A stretch of 64,000 nucleotides of DNA from an uncultured Nitrospiraceae bacterium (GTDB lineage: Bacteria > Nitrospirota > Nitrospiria > Nitrospirales > Nitrospiraceae), in assembly GCA_963846575.1 (NCBI GenBank), contig CAWJWJ010000001.1, positions 352,001-416,000 on the forward strand. Reading direction: 5' to 3'. Positions within the stretch are counted from its first letter, which is position 1. Every line of letters starts with the position of its first letter. This document shows, piece after piece, positions 19,622 to 28,875 of the stretch. Position numbers and translations under genes: made by a program. The notes under the pieces were generated by a model, which saw only the letters and a list, made by a program, of their open reading frames with translations, ran no database searches and was not told where the DNA came from.

Positions 19622-21340
19622 ATGCCTACCAGCTTCACGCTTCTTTTGATTGAAGACAGTCGTCAGGATGCAGAATTAGTTCTTGAGACTCTCCGTGACG
19701 GCGGGTTTGATCCCATCTGTCGGCAGGTTGATACCAGGGAAGCGTACTTGAGGGAACTCAATGCCAGCTCCCCCGATTTGATCTTGTCCGATTTTTCGCT
19801 ACCTCAGTTTGATGGAAAGTCGGCGTTACAATTATTGAAGGCAAGTGGATTGGAAATTCCCTTTATTATTGTGTCAGGGTGCATCGGCGAGGACATGGCC
19901 GTGGAGTGTATGAAGGCCGGCGCCGAAGACTACCTACTAAAGGACCGGCTGGGGCGCCTGCCGCATGCCGTGTCACAGGCACTCGACCGGAAACGCCTGC
20001 TTGAGGAGAAACGCCAAGCGGAACAACGGTTATTCCTCGAAACTTTTCATGATCCACTCACTGGCTTGCCGAATCGCTCGTTGTTTCTTGATCGAGTCAA
20101 TCGGGTGATTCTTCGAAACCAACGAGAAATCGGTCGCTTGTTTGCAGTGGTCTACCTGAACCTCGAGGGATTTCAAATCGTGCACAATAGTCTGGGACCT
20201 TCTGCCGCTGACCGCTTGCTCATCGAGGTGAGCCGACGCCTCTTGATGAGAGTTCGCTCCGCCGACACGCTGGCTCGCCCCGGCGGAGAAGATTTCGTAT
20301 TCCTCCTGGACAATCTCAAATCCGACGACAACGCAACGAGAGTGGCGGAACGAATCCGGCAGGAGTTCGCGCTGCCGTTCTCACTGGACGGGCAGGACAT
20401 TTTTCTCACAGCGACCTTGGGTATCACCCTAAGTGCCACCGGATACAATGATGCGGAACATGCACTGCGGGATGCCACGACGGCGCTTCAGCGCGCACAG
20501 GCGCTCGGCCGTTCCGGGTTTGCCATATTTGATCAGGTCATGCACAACCAGGCCATGACCCGACTCAAGCTGGAAACCGATTTGCGTCAAGCCCTGGAGC
20601 GAAACGAGTTCCGACTGCATTACCAGCCCATCATCGATTTGGACATAGGATGTGTTACCGGATTTGAAGCACTCATTCGTTGGCAGCATCCGGAGCATGG
20701 ACTCATGATGCCGCAGGCGTTTTTGACGGTTGCCGCCGAACTGGGCATGCTGCCATCAATCGGCGCATGGAGCTGTAGGGAGGCTTGCAGGCAACTCCGT
20801 GCCTGGCAGGATGCATTCTTAAAAACGCCGCCGCTGACGATGAGCGTGAACCTGTCTACCGAACAGTTCGCTGACCTCGACCTGCTTTCTAAACTCCAAC
20901 AGATCGTGGAGTTTACCGCCATCGAGCCCGGAAGCCTGAAGATTGAGATCACCGAATCCGAAGTCATGGAAAATCCGAAAGCTGTATGCGACATGTTGTG
21001 CCAACTCAAAAAATCTGAAATCGATGCCTGCTTGGATGATTTCGGAACAGGATATTCGTCTCTCAGCTACCTCCAGCAACTGCCGATCACTTTCATCAAG
21101 ATCGATCAGTCATTCGTACGGCGGTTGGGCGGGGAAGACGATGCCCTGGCTATCGTGAAGACAATTGTGGTTCTGGCACATCAACTGGGGCGCAAGGTTA
21201 TTGCAGAAGGGGTCGAAACGGTCGAGCACCTGAACCTGCTTCGGTCGCTGGGCTGTGAATATGCCCAAGGATATCTATTTGCGAAACCCCTTCCCGATGT
21301 CGAAGCCCGCAATCTATTAATGGCCAGTCGCCGATGGTGA
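19622..21340 (+). CDS. REC-GGDEF(degenerate)-EAL protein, probable c-di-GMP phosphodiesterase
   Basis: REC (LIED, SDFSLP), HDPLTGLPNR, GGEDF, FEALIRW, DDFGTGYSSL, IAEGVE. Confidence 0.93.
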   Translation: MPTSFTLLLIEDSRQDAELVLETLRDGGFDPICRQVDTREAYLRELNASSPDLILSDFSLPQFDGKSALQLLKASGLEIPFIIVSGCIGEDMAVECMKAGAEDYLLKDRLGRLPHAVSQALDRKRLLEEKRQAEQRLFLETFHDPLTGLPNRSLFLDRVNRVILRNQREIGRLFAVVYLNLEGFQIVHNSLGPSAADRLLIEVSRRLLMRVRSADTLARPGGEDFVFLLDNLKSDDNATRVAERIRQEFALPFSLDGQDIFLTATLGITLSATGYNDAEHALRDATTALQRAQALGRSGFAIFDQVMHNQAMTRLKLETDLRQALERNEFRLHYQPIIDLDIGCVTGFEALIRWQHPEHGLMMPQAFLTVAAELGMLPSIGAWSCREACRQLRAWQDAFLKTPPLTMSVNLSTEQFADLDLLSKLQQIVEFTAIEPGSLKIEITESEVMENPKAVCDMLCQLKKSEIDACLDDFGTGYSSLSYLQQLPITFIKIDQSFVRRLGGEDDALAIVKTIVVLAHQLGRKVIAEGVETVEHLNLLRSLGCEYAQGYLFAKPLPDVEARNLLMASRRW

Positions 21341-21614
21341 CCTGCCCGCGAGGGATTGGAAACGGCCGGCGCATGCAAATAGTTCGAGAATTACAGGGCT
21401 GCTGAAAAACCCTACGCATAGGTAATGGAAGAGGCCTCGCTGCCGCATCGGGGTCCGTCCGCCGCCAGCGATGCCAGCAAGCCAGATCGTTTGGGGCTCT
21501 ATCAAACAAACGGCCAGTCATTTGCTGCATCGCAAGAAGAGTAACAGGCTTGTGTCCAACACCATGCTGCTTTTCTAAATGTTCATCTCTCACTGGGCGA
21601 GGCTGTAGGCGGAA

Positions 21615-21845
21615 ATGAATAGACGTCAAGTAGATTACTGCTCCATGATCACGCTCTTCATCGGACTCGGCGCGGGTTGCACAACACCTTCTGTCTGTCC
21701 CGTACAAAATGAGGTTTCCTCCCCGACCCTGGCGTCTTCCGCCTTACAACAGAAAGTGAAGGAGCAGGACAAGCGAATCGCCGAACTGTCTATACAGTTG
21801 AATCTGCTGAAACGGATTGATCAAGACAGGAAAAGGGATCGCTAG
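21615..21845 (+). CDS. small putative lipoprotein with a coiled coil
   Basis: Hydrophobic stretch plus GAGC; paralog of 25449-25709. Confidence 0.75.
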   Translation: MNRRQVDYCSMITLFIGLGAGCTTPSVCPVQNEVSSPTLASSALQQKVKEQDKRIAELSIQLNLLKRIDQDRKRDR

Positions 21846-22011
21846 ATCCTGCACGCATGGCTGAGCAGGCAGGCGCATTGAAGGCGATGCACGGATCGTT
21901 CGGACCGGCTCACTGGGATAAATGGCGGATCGCAGTCAGATCGGTTTACTGAGTTTGGTAGCGAGTAGATGCACCTGAACATCGGAAGTGGGGAGGTCGC
22001 TCAGCGGCATG

Positions 22012-25000
22012 TCATGCCACGCGGGTCGCTTTGCCACCTGCGTCGGCTTTGTTCGCCCATCTGGTCAGAATGCGCGTGAGTTGTTCGACGTTGACTGGTT
22101 TGCTGACATAATCATCCATCCCGGCACTAAGGCAACGCTCGCGATCTTCCTGCATCGCATTCGCCGTGAGCGCAATGATAGGGATATGCCTGTTCAGTTC
22201 TCCCCTCATCTCTAGCTCGCGAATTCTTCTGGTGGCTTCAAATCCGTCCAGTTCAGGCATCTGGCAATCCATCAGCACTACATCGTAAGGGAGCCGCCGG
22301 ATCGCATCGATGGCTTCCAAGCCATTGGCAGCGACATCGGCTTTGTAGCCCAAATTTTCTAATAAACGAACCGCAACTTTCTGATTGACGACGTTATCCT
22401 CCACAACCAGCATTCGACCGCGGCTGCAGGCCTCAGCTTCTATCAACTGATGTTTTGTGACGAGTGGTGCGGACACCATGCTCGACGGCAGAGTCGTTGC
22501 CTGACCCAGGACCAGCTTGATACAAGCATACAATTGGGCCTGACGTACTGGTTTAATTAGGTACCCTGAGATACCCGCTGCCTGCGCCGCCTTCGCGCCC
22601 CCCCGTTTCGACATACACGTGAGGAGGATCATCTTGACTGACGCGGTGCGCGGATCCCCCTTAATGGTTTGAGCTAGTTCTAGACCGTCCATGCCGGACA
22701 TCTGGCTGTCGAGAATGACCAGGTCAAACGGCTGTGGTCCCAATGCTGCTTCGCGCAACATGGACAGCGCTTCTGACGGTCTGTCCGTCTCCGCACAGAC
22801 CATGCCCCATGCCTGCGCATAGTGTCGAAGCAGCCTTCGGTTTGTCGCCGTGTCATCGACAATACATAACCGTAGCCCGCGGAGATCATCCACTCCCAGC
22901 AGAGAAGGGTGGTCGTTCATTTGCTGTCGCCCTAGCCGGACTGTGAACCAGAAGCGGCTTCCCTCCCCTAGTGTGGATTCGAGACCTATTTCTCCGCCCA
23001 TCAGCGCCGTCAAGCGTTTACTGATAGCCAACCCCAGGCCGGTGCCACCATACTTCCTCGTGGTGGAGCCATCAGCCTGACTGAAAGAGTGAAAGAGCTT
23101 CCCGATGTTGTCCGGGCTGATTCCAATACCTGTATCCACCACGTCCATACGGATGATGACGTCCTCACTCACGAACTCCTGCAAGCTGACTTGCACGCTC
23201 ACTTCCCCGCGCTCGGTAAACTTAATGGCGTTCCCGATCAGATTACTCAAAATTTGGCGGATTCTACCGGGATCACCATGGACCCTCGAGGGCACGGCTG
23301 CGTCCATCAATCCCACCAGATCTAGGCCCTTCCGTTGTGCCGCCTCGGCCATGAGTTCCACCGTTTCTTCGAGCATGGTGCGTAAGTCAAAATTAATACG
23401 TTCAATGGTCAGTTTTCCTGCTTCAATTTTTGAAAAGTCCAGAATGTCATTAATAATGGTGAGCAACGTCTCCCCGGACCGTCGCACCGTTTCAGCAAAT
23501 TCCCGCTGCTCAGGCGATAATCCTGTATCGAGGAGAAGTCCGGTCATACCGATGACGCCATTCATGGGCGTCCGAATTTCGTGACTCATGGTGGCGAGAA
23601 AGTCCGCTTTGGCTTGGGCACTCCGCTCGGCGGCCTCTCGTGCCAGGGATGCGCTCCGTTCGGCTTCCAAGCGTTCGAGGAATTGTCCTATCTGAAGTCC
23701 GACCAAATGCAGCGCAACGAGCAAGGCCTCATCACGGTCTTGTACGCTGGACCAAAGAAACTCCATAACTCCTAAGGTAATCCCCCCCGATCTGATGGGA
23801 AAGGCAACCACCGACTGTAATCCACAGAGTGCGGCCACGTCTTTTCGTGGGAAATCCGAGTCGTCTGCAATCTCTCGGATCCAAGTAGGATTGTGTGTCG
23901 AGAGGACGCGTCCCGGCACACCTTCGCCCGCACGGAATGAAATGGATCGAGAACGCATCTCAAACGCGTCATATTGGGTTGGCGACGCACTCCAGACCGA
24001 CCGACAATGAAGTGATCCCTCCTCCGCATTTGTGAGCCATAAACCTGCGGTATCGGCAGAAAGAGCTGCCCCCACCTTCACCAGGATTAGGGCCAGCCCG
24101 GCCTCAGGGTCTCGTGCCTCGCTCATTACGCGGGCAGCCGCATACTGGACAGCCATCCGCTGTTCCATGCGTTTACGGTCGGTGATGTCTTGGACTGTTC
24201 CAACATGTCCTCGAATCGTGCCGTTCGCATGGTACAGCGGACGGGACCGGCTATGAACCCAGCGCACGCGCCCGCTGGGTTGCTGCATGCGGAATTCTGC
24301 TTCATATTCTTGGCCGGCAGGGACGCACTGGCTCCATCCTGCCACCATAACGCCACGGTCTTCCGGATGGACGGCGAGACTCCAGTCCGTATGCAGACTA
24401 GCCTCCAGTGACAGGCCTGCCATCTCCTGCCAACGCTTGTTCGTGTATACGGCGGTTCCCTGAGCATCAGTCACAAAGATTCCGTCGGGGGACATCTCAC
24501 ACGCGGAGTGGAAATGAGCCTCGCTTTCCTGCAATTCGACTGTCACACCTTCACTGAGACGCCAATAGAGAAGGATGGCCACACATTCAGCCAACAAAAA
24601 CGCGCCATGAACGAGTGCCCAGGGCCAGGGATGGGTCCACGCCGCCGAATAGTCATTGCCCGATCGCGGCATCGTCCAGTCCATCAATCCATGATGAAGG
24701 ACAACCAAGACGAGATTTGCCAGAATCGGAGCCCAGTCGAGATACAGCGCAATGAAGGCAATCATCACGAAGAAATGGAAATGCGCTTCGATACGCTCGC
24801 CGGACAAGTAAACCAGAGCCGCCGAACAAACAAACAATCCTATCGACATCGTCAGACCTCGCAAGAGGCGAGTGACATGCCGAATCGAAGCAACGGTAGC
24901 GATCAGGCTGATCCCCGCTGCAGCCAGGAGCGCATCTACGCGTGACTCCCCGTTCCAGCAGCCATAGATCGCGTAGGAGGTCGCGTGAAACCAAAGGACC

Positions 25001-25131
25001 CATAACAGGGTGGCATGTCGTTGATCCCAATGGTTACCGTTCAGTACTTGGCTGCAAGGGACCGCATTCCGTATCGCTAAGACAGCGCGCTTGGCCTGCA
25101 CTATGCACCCGTTCATGGTATGGAGAGACAT
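22012..25131 (-). CDS. membrane hybrid histidine kinase TM-PAS-GAF-HisKA-HATPase-REC-REC
   Basis: His-rich TM domain (EAHFHFF, HHG), PAS/PAC, GAF, FLATMSHEIRTPMNG, YGGTGLGL, two REC domains; start uncertain. Confidence 0.93.
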   Translation of the reverse strand: MSLHTMNGCIVQAKRAVLAIRNAVPCSQVLNGNHWDQRHATLLWVLWFHATSYAIYGCWNGESRVDALLAAAGISLIATVASIRHVTRLLRGLTMSIGLFVCSAALVYLSGERIEAHFHFFVMIAFIALYLDWAPILANLVLVVLHHGLMDWTMPRSGNDYSAAWTHPWPWALVHGAFLLAECVAILLYWRLSEGVTVELQESEAHFHSACEMSPDGIFVTDAQGTAVYTNKRWQEMAGLSLEASLHTDWSLAVHPEDRGVMVAGWSQCVPAGQEYEAEFRMQQPSGRVRWVHSRSRPLYHANGTIRGHVGTVQDITDRKRMEQRMAVQYAAARVMSEARDPEAGLALILVKVGAALSADTAGLWLTNAEEGSLHCRSVWSASPTQYDAFEMRSRSISFRAGEGVPGRVLSTHNPTWIREIADDSDFPRKDVAALCGLQSVVAFPIRSGGITLGVMEFLWSSVQDRDEALLVALHLVGLQIGQFLERLEAERSASLAREAAERSAQAKADFLATMSHEIRTPMNGVIGMTGLLLDTGLSPEQREFAETVRRSGETLLTIINDILDFSKIEAGKLTIERINFDLRTMLEETVELMAEAAQRKGLDLVGLMDAAVPSRVHGDPGRIRQILSNLIGNAIKFTERGEVSVQVSLQEFVSEDVIIRMDVVDTGIGISPDNIGKLFHSFSQADGSTTRKYGGTGLGLAISKRLTALMGGEIGLESTLGEGSRFWFTVRLGRQQMNDHPSLLGVDDLRGLRLCIVDDTATNRRLLRHYAQAWGMVCAETDRPSEALSMLREAALGPQPFDLVILDSQMSGMDGLELAQTIKGDPRTASVKMILLTCMSKRGGAKAAQAAGISGYLIKPVRQAQLYACIKLVLGQATTLPSSMVSAPLVTKHQLIEAEACSRGRMLVVEDNVVNQKVAVRLLENLGYKADVAANGLEAIDAIRRLPYDVVLMDCQMPELDGFEATRRIRELEMRGELNRHIPIIALTANAMQEDRERCLSAGMDDYVSKPVNVEQLTRILTRWANKADAGGKATRVA

Positions 25132-25448
25132 GGCGCTATTATGGCAATCAAACAACTCGGGTGAACCGCGGCAGGGGGAATTTTCAAGCTAACACCGAGC
25201 GTACCTGCGGACGCCGACGGTCTTCCCTATGCCCCTGCGCTCCTAATAAGAGTACCGTTACATTGTAAAGGAAGCCTCTTGGCGGGAAAGTGTATTCTCG
25301 TTTTAAACCTGGAACCATAAGGTCTGAACACCGTCACAAATGTACCGCCTGGCCTGGGTCCATCCTCCGGCGGCCGGTCGTTGCTAGCCACCATGGATGT
25401 TTTGACACTGGGCCTCTGACTAATGGGCAGCGGCAATGTCGCCGGTGC

Positions 25449-25709
25449 CTATCGATCCTTGCTTCGGTCGTGATCAATACGTTTCAGCAGGTTCAACTGC
25501 ATAGTTAGCTCACTGATGCGTTTTTCCTGCACTCTTATTTTTTGTTGCAACCCGGATTCCGGCGAAGTCGATACTTGCCTAATCTGGGAAGAAGGTGCTG
25601 CGACGAGGCTGGGAACCTCACACGGAGGAGCAACCGCGCACCCCCCGCTGAGTGCTATCCCAGAGATGAGGAGCGAGGCATATCCCCATCGTTGTCCGTT
25701 CATAGCCAT
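25449..25709 (-). CDS. small putative lipoprotein with a coiled coil
   Basis: LSGGC lipobox-like; C-terminus very similar to 21615-21845; start uncertain. Confidence 0.75.
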   Translation of the reverse strand: MAMNGQRWGYASLLISGIALSGGCAVAPPCEVPSLVAAPSSQIRQVSTSPESGLQQKIRVQEKRISELTMQLNLLKRIDHDRSKDR

Positions 25710-25802
25710 TGCTTCAATCTTTGCGCATAAAAGTGTCAGTGCCATATACGACCACCTTTGCATGTATGGTGGAACTCCGTCCCTTGACGGCACCTGTACC
25801 AT

Positions 25803-26138
25803 CTAGACCGTCACAAGATAATCCTCCAACCGCTGCCGATCTTCGGTAGACATGCTAACGAACTCCACTGTAAACGCACCCCAATGGCCCCACGTTATCT
25901 TGGCGTGATCGATCCGAAGCGGCGAGTCGCTCCCAGGTAGGTGAATCCGCAACTCCAGCGTTCCTGATTCAGGAAGCTGCTGGGCACGAATGCTCCCTTC
26001 TGCGCCGGACATGAAGTCTAGAACGCTGGTCCGCTCACATTCTGGATTCCCGCCCATCGGCCAGTAATCCACCCGGCAGGATACCTTGAGACTCTGGTTC
26101 ATATCTGAACCCTCCGCTTCGAAGTTCTTACTGCTCAT
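25803..26138 (-). CDS. degenerate PilZ-like domain protein
   Basis: LELRIHLPG..PLRIDHAKITW...FTVEFVSMS.EDRQRL; RxxxR and DxSxxG not preserved. Confidence 0.65.
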   Translation of the reverse strand: MSSKNFEAEGSDMNQSLKVSCRVDYWPMGGNPECERTSVLDFMSGAEGSIRAQQLPESGTLELRIHLPGSDSPLRIDHAKITWGHWGAFTVEFVSMSTEDRQRLEDYLVTV

Positions 26139-26289
26139 GATTCAAGCGTAGTGGGGGTTCGCCAAACTGGCTATGCCGCAGAGGACGTACTATCAGGGAG
26201 TACGAATGGGGGGCTATCGGCGGGCTAACGTAAGAATGTTCTTTTGTGCGTGCCAGATGACGAACGGATTGAGACGTTCCCTGTCAGCG

Positions 26290-26860
26290 ACGAACGCCGA
26301 ACTCATATCTCAAGTATCGAACCGGGCAACCTGACTGGGTGACATCAATCTCGACCGTCCGGTTCCTGTGGGACCACCATGCTGGATGGATTAACGGCAC
26401 CCCATTGGATTCGCCCGCTCCTGAGGACGGCAAGCTTCTGCCGCCGACGGCTGGAAGCCAACGCGGCACCCACTACGGTCCGCAAGGAATGGGACGTCCT
26501 GATGCGGATCATAAATCCTGCCGGCGATTTTGAGTAATCTGACCGAAGCCGTCTCAAGCGCGTTCAGCTCTCCGAGGTATCTTCCTGTCAGCGTACAGCC
26601 ACAATCTTGGGTTTTTCGGCAGTGAGGTTTCAGGCAGCGAAACGGCAGACGTGTACCGTTCTCGCACAGCAGTGACCCAGCGGAATTTCGGAAGATTGTT
26701 CAGAGTGCCCTCCATACTGGACTGAGGGAAGCCAAGATTCTCGAAATCAAACGATTCTGAATCAAACAGCGGACTGATGGATGGTGGCTCATTTTGCGCG
26801 GGCTAAGACCCGCTGTAAAGGCACGCCGCTCGAACTCCCCTTGAAGGCATCCGCGCATCG
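26290..26860 (+). pseudogene. decayed tyrosine recombinase/phage integrase
   Basis: RRLEANAAPTTVRKEWDVLMRI, ALHTGLREAKIL (box I, 26707-26742), stop at 26758-26760, frameshifted AKTR..G.PLELPL; next to the tRNA-Glu 3' end; boundaries approximate. Confidence 0.75.
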
Positions 26861-26964
26861 GACACCCTGCCCACAAATCACTTCAACCGACGGTCGCATT
26901 GTTGTCGAACCCCAAGCTCCCGAAGTCAGCCGAGCTACTTGACACTACGCATAACCGGACGATT

Positions 26965-26986
26965 TTGTCTTATGGATTGTCCTATG
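26965..26986 (+). repeat. 10-bp direct repeat pair (candidate integrase arm-type sites)
   Basis: TTGTCTTATG-ga-TTGTCCTATG between the integrase remnant and the tRNA. Confidence 0.45.
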
Positions 26987-27054
26987 AAGGTTCGGCCACC
27001 GTGAAGCCTAAGCTGAGGAAGGTTGCGAACTCATCGGACGATCAGGGGAAAGGT

Positions 27055-27132
27055 TGGTGGTCCCAACGGGATTTGAACCCGTGTCTGAGCCTTGAGAGGG
27101 CTCCGTCCTAGGCCAAGCTAGACGATGGGACC
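27055..27132 (-). tRNA. tRNA-Glu(CTC)
   Basis: GGTCCCATCGTCTAG...GAGCC-CT CTC AA-GGCTC...GGTTCAAATCC...GGGACCACCA. Confidence 0.97.
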
Positions 27133-27274
27133 AGTGAGGCATCAGAAAGAGCGGAACTGTACCATAGCGGGTTTTGGCTTTTCAAACAGCAAGTCAAGTT
27201 TCTGAACGACACTTCGACGGCGTACACACATAACTACGCGGCATCGCTTGCGCCAATATTCCAATTAGCCTACA

Positions 27275-27718
27275 TTGCTACTCATGCGGATTCGTGGAGT
27301 AGGCCATCGGATTTATCTCCTCACAGGCATGTTCCCGGCATTTCTGAACCTGGCCGGCTGTGGCGCAACTTTTCTGGAAGGGACTATCGCCCCACCCTAT
27401 TCGAGTGCTTGGGCCCAATGCGGTAATGCCACGAAGGTACGCGTCAAACCGCCTCACTCTACGGTCACCATTTCCTACACCGAGCCCACAACCGGCACCG
27501 ATGGCAAGCCTTTGACGAATCTCGCTCACACCACCATTTATTATAATGCCGGAGAGGGCCCCGTAATCGGCAAGGTCGTCCCTGCCTCACAAAGGACCGG
27601 TGGAGGAAAGGTTTCCCAAACCATTAACATTGCCAGTCAGAACCAGTCTGAGCAGGAGGTAACGGTATGCGTCACGGCCACCGATACCGACGACCGTGAA
27701 GGCCCTGCCTCTCCGTAA
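27275..27718 (+). CDS. putative lipoprotein with an FN3-like beta-sandwich
   Basis: LAGC lipobox; VTISYTEPTTGTDGKPLTNLAHTTIYY; start uncertain. Confidence 0.7.
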   Translation: MLLMRIRGVGHRIYLLTGMFPAFLNLAGCGATFLEGTIAPPYSSAWAQCGNATKVRVKPPHSTVTISYTEPTTGTDGKPLTNLAHTTIYYNAGEGPVIGKVVPASQRTGGGKVSQTINIASQNQSEQEVTVCVTATDTDDREGPASP

Positions 27719-27738
27719 GCCCGCATCCCAGAACGCAC

Positions 27739-27767
27739 TTGACAGCGCCCTTCTAACAGCCTACCTT
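27739..27767 (+). promoter_or_regulatory. sigma70-type promoter candidate
   Basis: TTGACA-N17-TACCTT upstream of 27843. Confidence 0.5.
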
Positions 27768-27842
27768 TCTTCCACTTATTTGGGCGGGATGCGACCGAGT
27801 ACCGCGCTCAATGGATTCTCAGGTCACCCTAGTTCGATACGC

Positions 27843-28367
27843 ATGGAGCTACGAAAACCCGAGGCAGCCCGTCTCCCTCACCAGATGGAAGCGGAGCGAT
27901 TCAAGCACAGTCTGGAAATCCGCCTCGGTTCCAATATTTTCCGCAACACAAATGGAGTTCTACGCGTTCAGGGCAAGGAGCAACTCGTCCTTGAACTCGG
28001 CCCAGAACGTGACCGGATCCTCCTCACCATCGATGTGTACGACGGCAGCGGCAATCATATCGCGCATCTCCGTCGTAACCGCTGGGCCTTCAACGACGGC
28101 AATCGATTCGCCCTGAACACGAGTGATTCCTCGCCGACGCTGTTCCCGAATCTGCCGTGGCTAAAGCTGGCGGATCAGGAAACCGGGGAGACTGTTTTGG
28201 AAGCCGCTGTGGCACCGGAAGGGAAAATCCAGGTCGCCACAGGTAAGTTTTATTCTCACCGCGGCCAGCTCATCGAAATCACTTCCCACTTCTGCCGGGT
28301 AGGTTCAACTCACACGCTGTTTGGTGATGTCTATGAAGCGGGTGGCGGGACTGCCGTACTCGGGTGA
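27843..28367 (+). CDS. hypothetical beta-rich protein
   Basis: Protein-like ORF; start either 27843 or 27885. Confidence 0.7.
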   Translation: MELRKPEAARLPHQMEAERFKHSLEIRLGSNIFRNTNGVLRVQGKEQLVLELGPERDRILLTIDVYDGSGNHIAHLRRNRWAFNDGNRFALNTSDSSPTLFPNLPWLKLADQETGETVLEAAVAPEGKIQVATGKFYSHRGQLIEITSHFCRVGSTHTLFGDVYEAGGGTAVLG

Positions 28368-28875
28368 CGGAGTCCCCTAACGAGAACTATCACTCACCCC
28401 GGTGGCTCAGGCTGTTTGGCTATGCAGCCACCTTATTGACAACGTCATCCTCACGAAAACGATTTCTGATCAACATTCCCCCCTCTGAAGACCAGACTTT
28501 TCCTTTTCACTAGCACTAGTTGGACACGTGGAAAGGAACGCCAAAAGAACCCCACCCGGGTGTTGATCTTAACTCTCTCAATACCAACCGACTCGCCTGC
28601 ATGTCGTTGCATACATCCTCATTGGCCCCTTTAATAGATTTCTGTTTTGGACGCAATGCAGCCACCACGGCACTCCCCCGCCCAAGTCATTACAACTTTG
28701 CTTATGCCTGAAGGCCCCCCTCAGCGTCTGGAAGCTTTAGAAGCTCCAGCTTTCGGGACACCCGTGACTAACCTCCGGACGTGAGGTGACGAGGTTGAGG
28801 AATTTCAAATGACCCGTAAAATCCAAGTGGAGAGGGATGGATCTCGATGGGGAGCAACTATCAGGCACGATTTGG

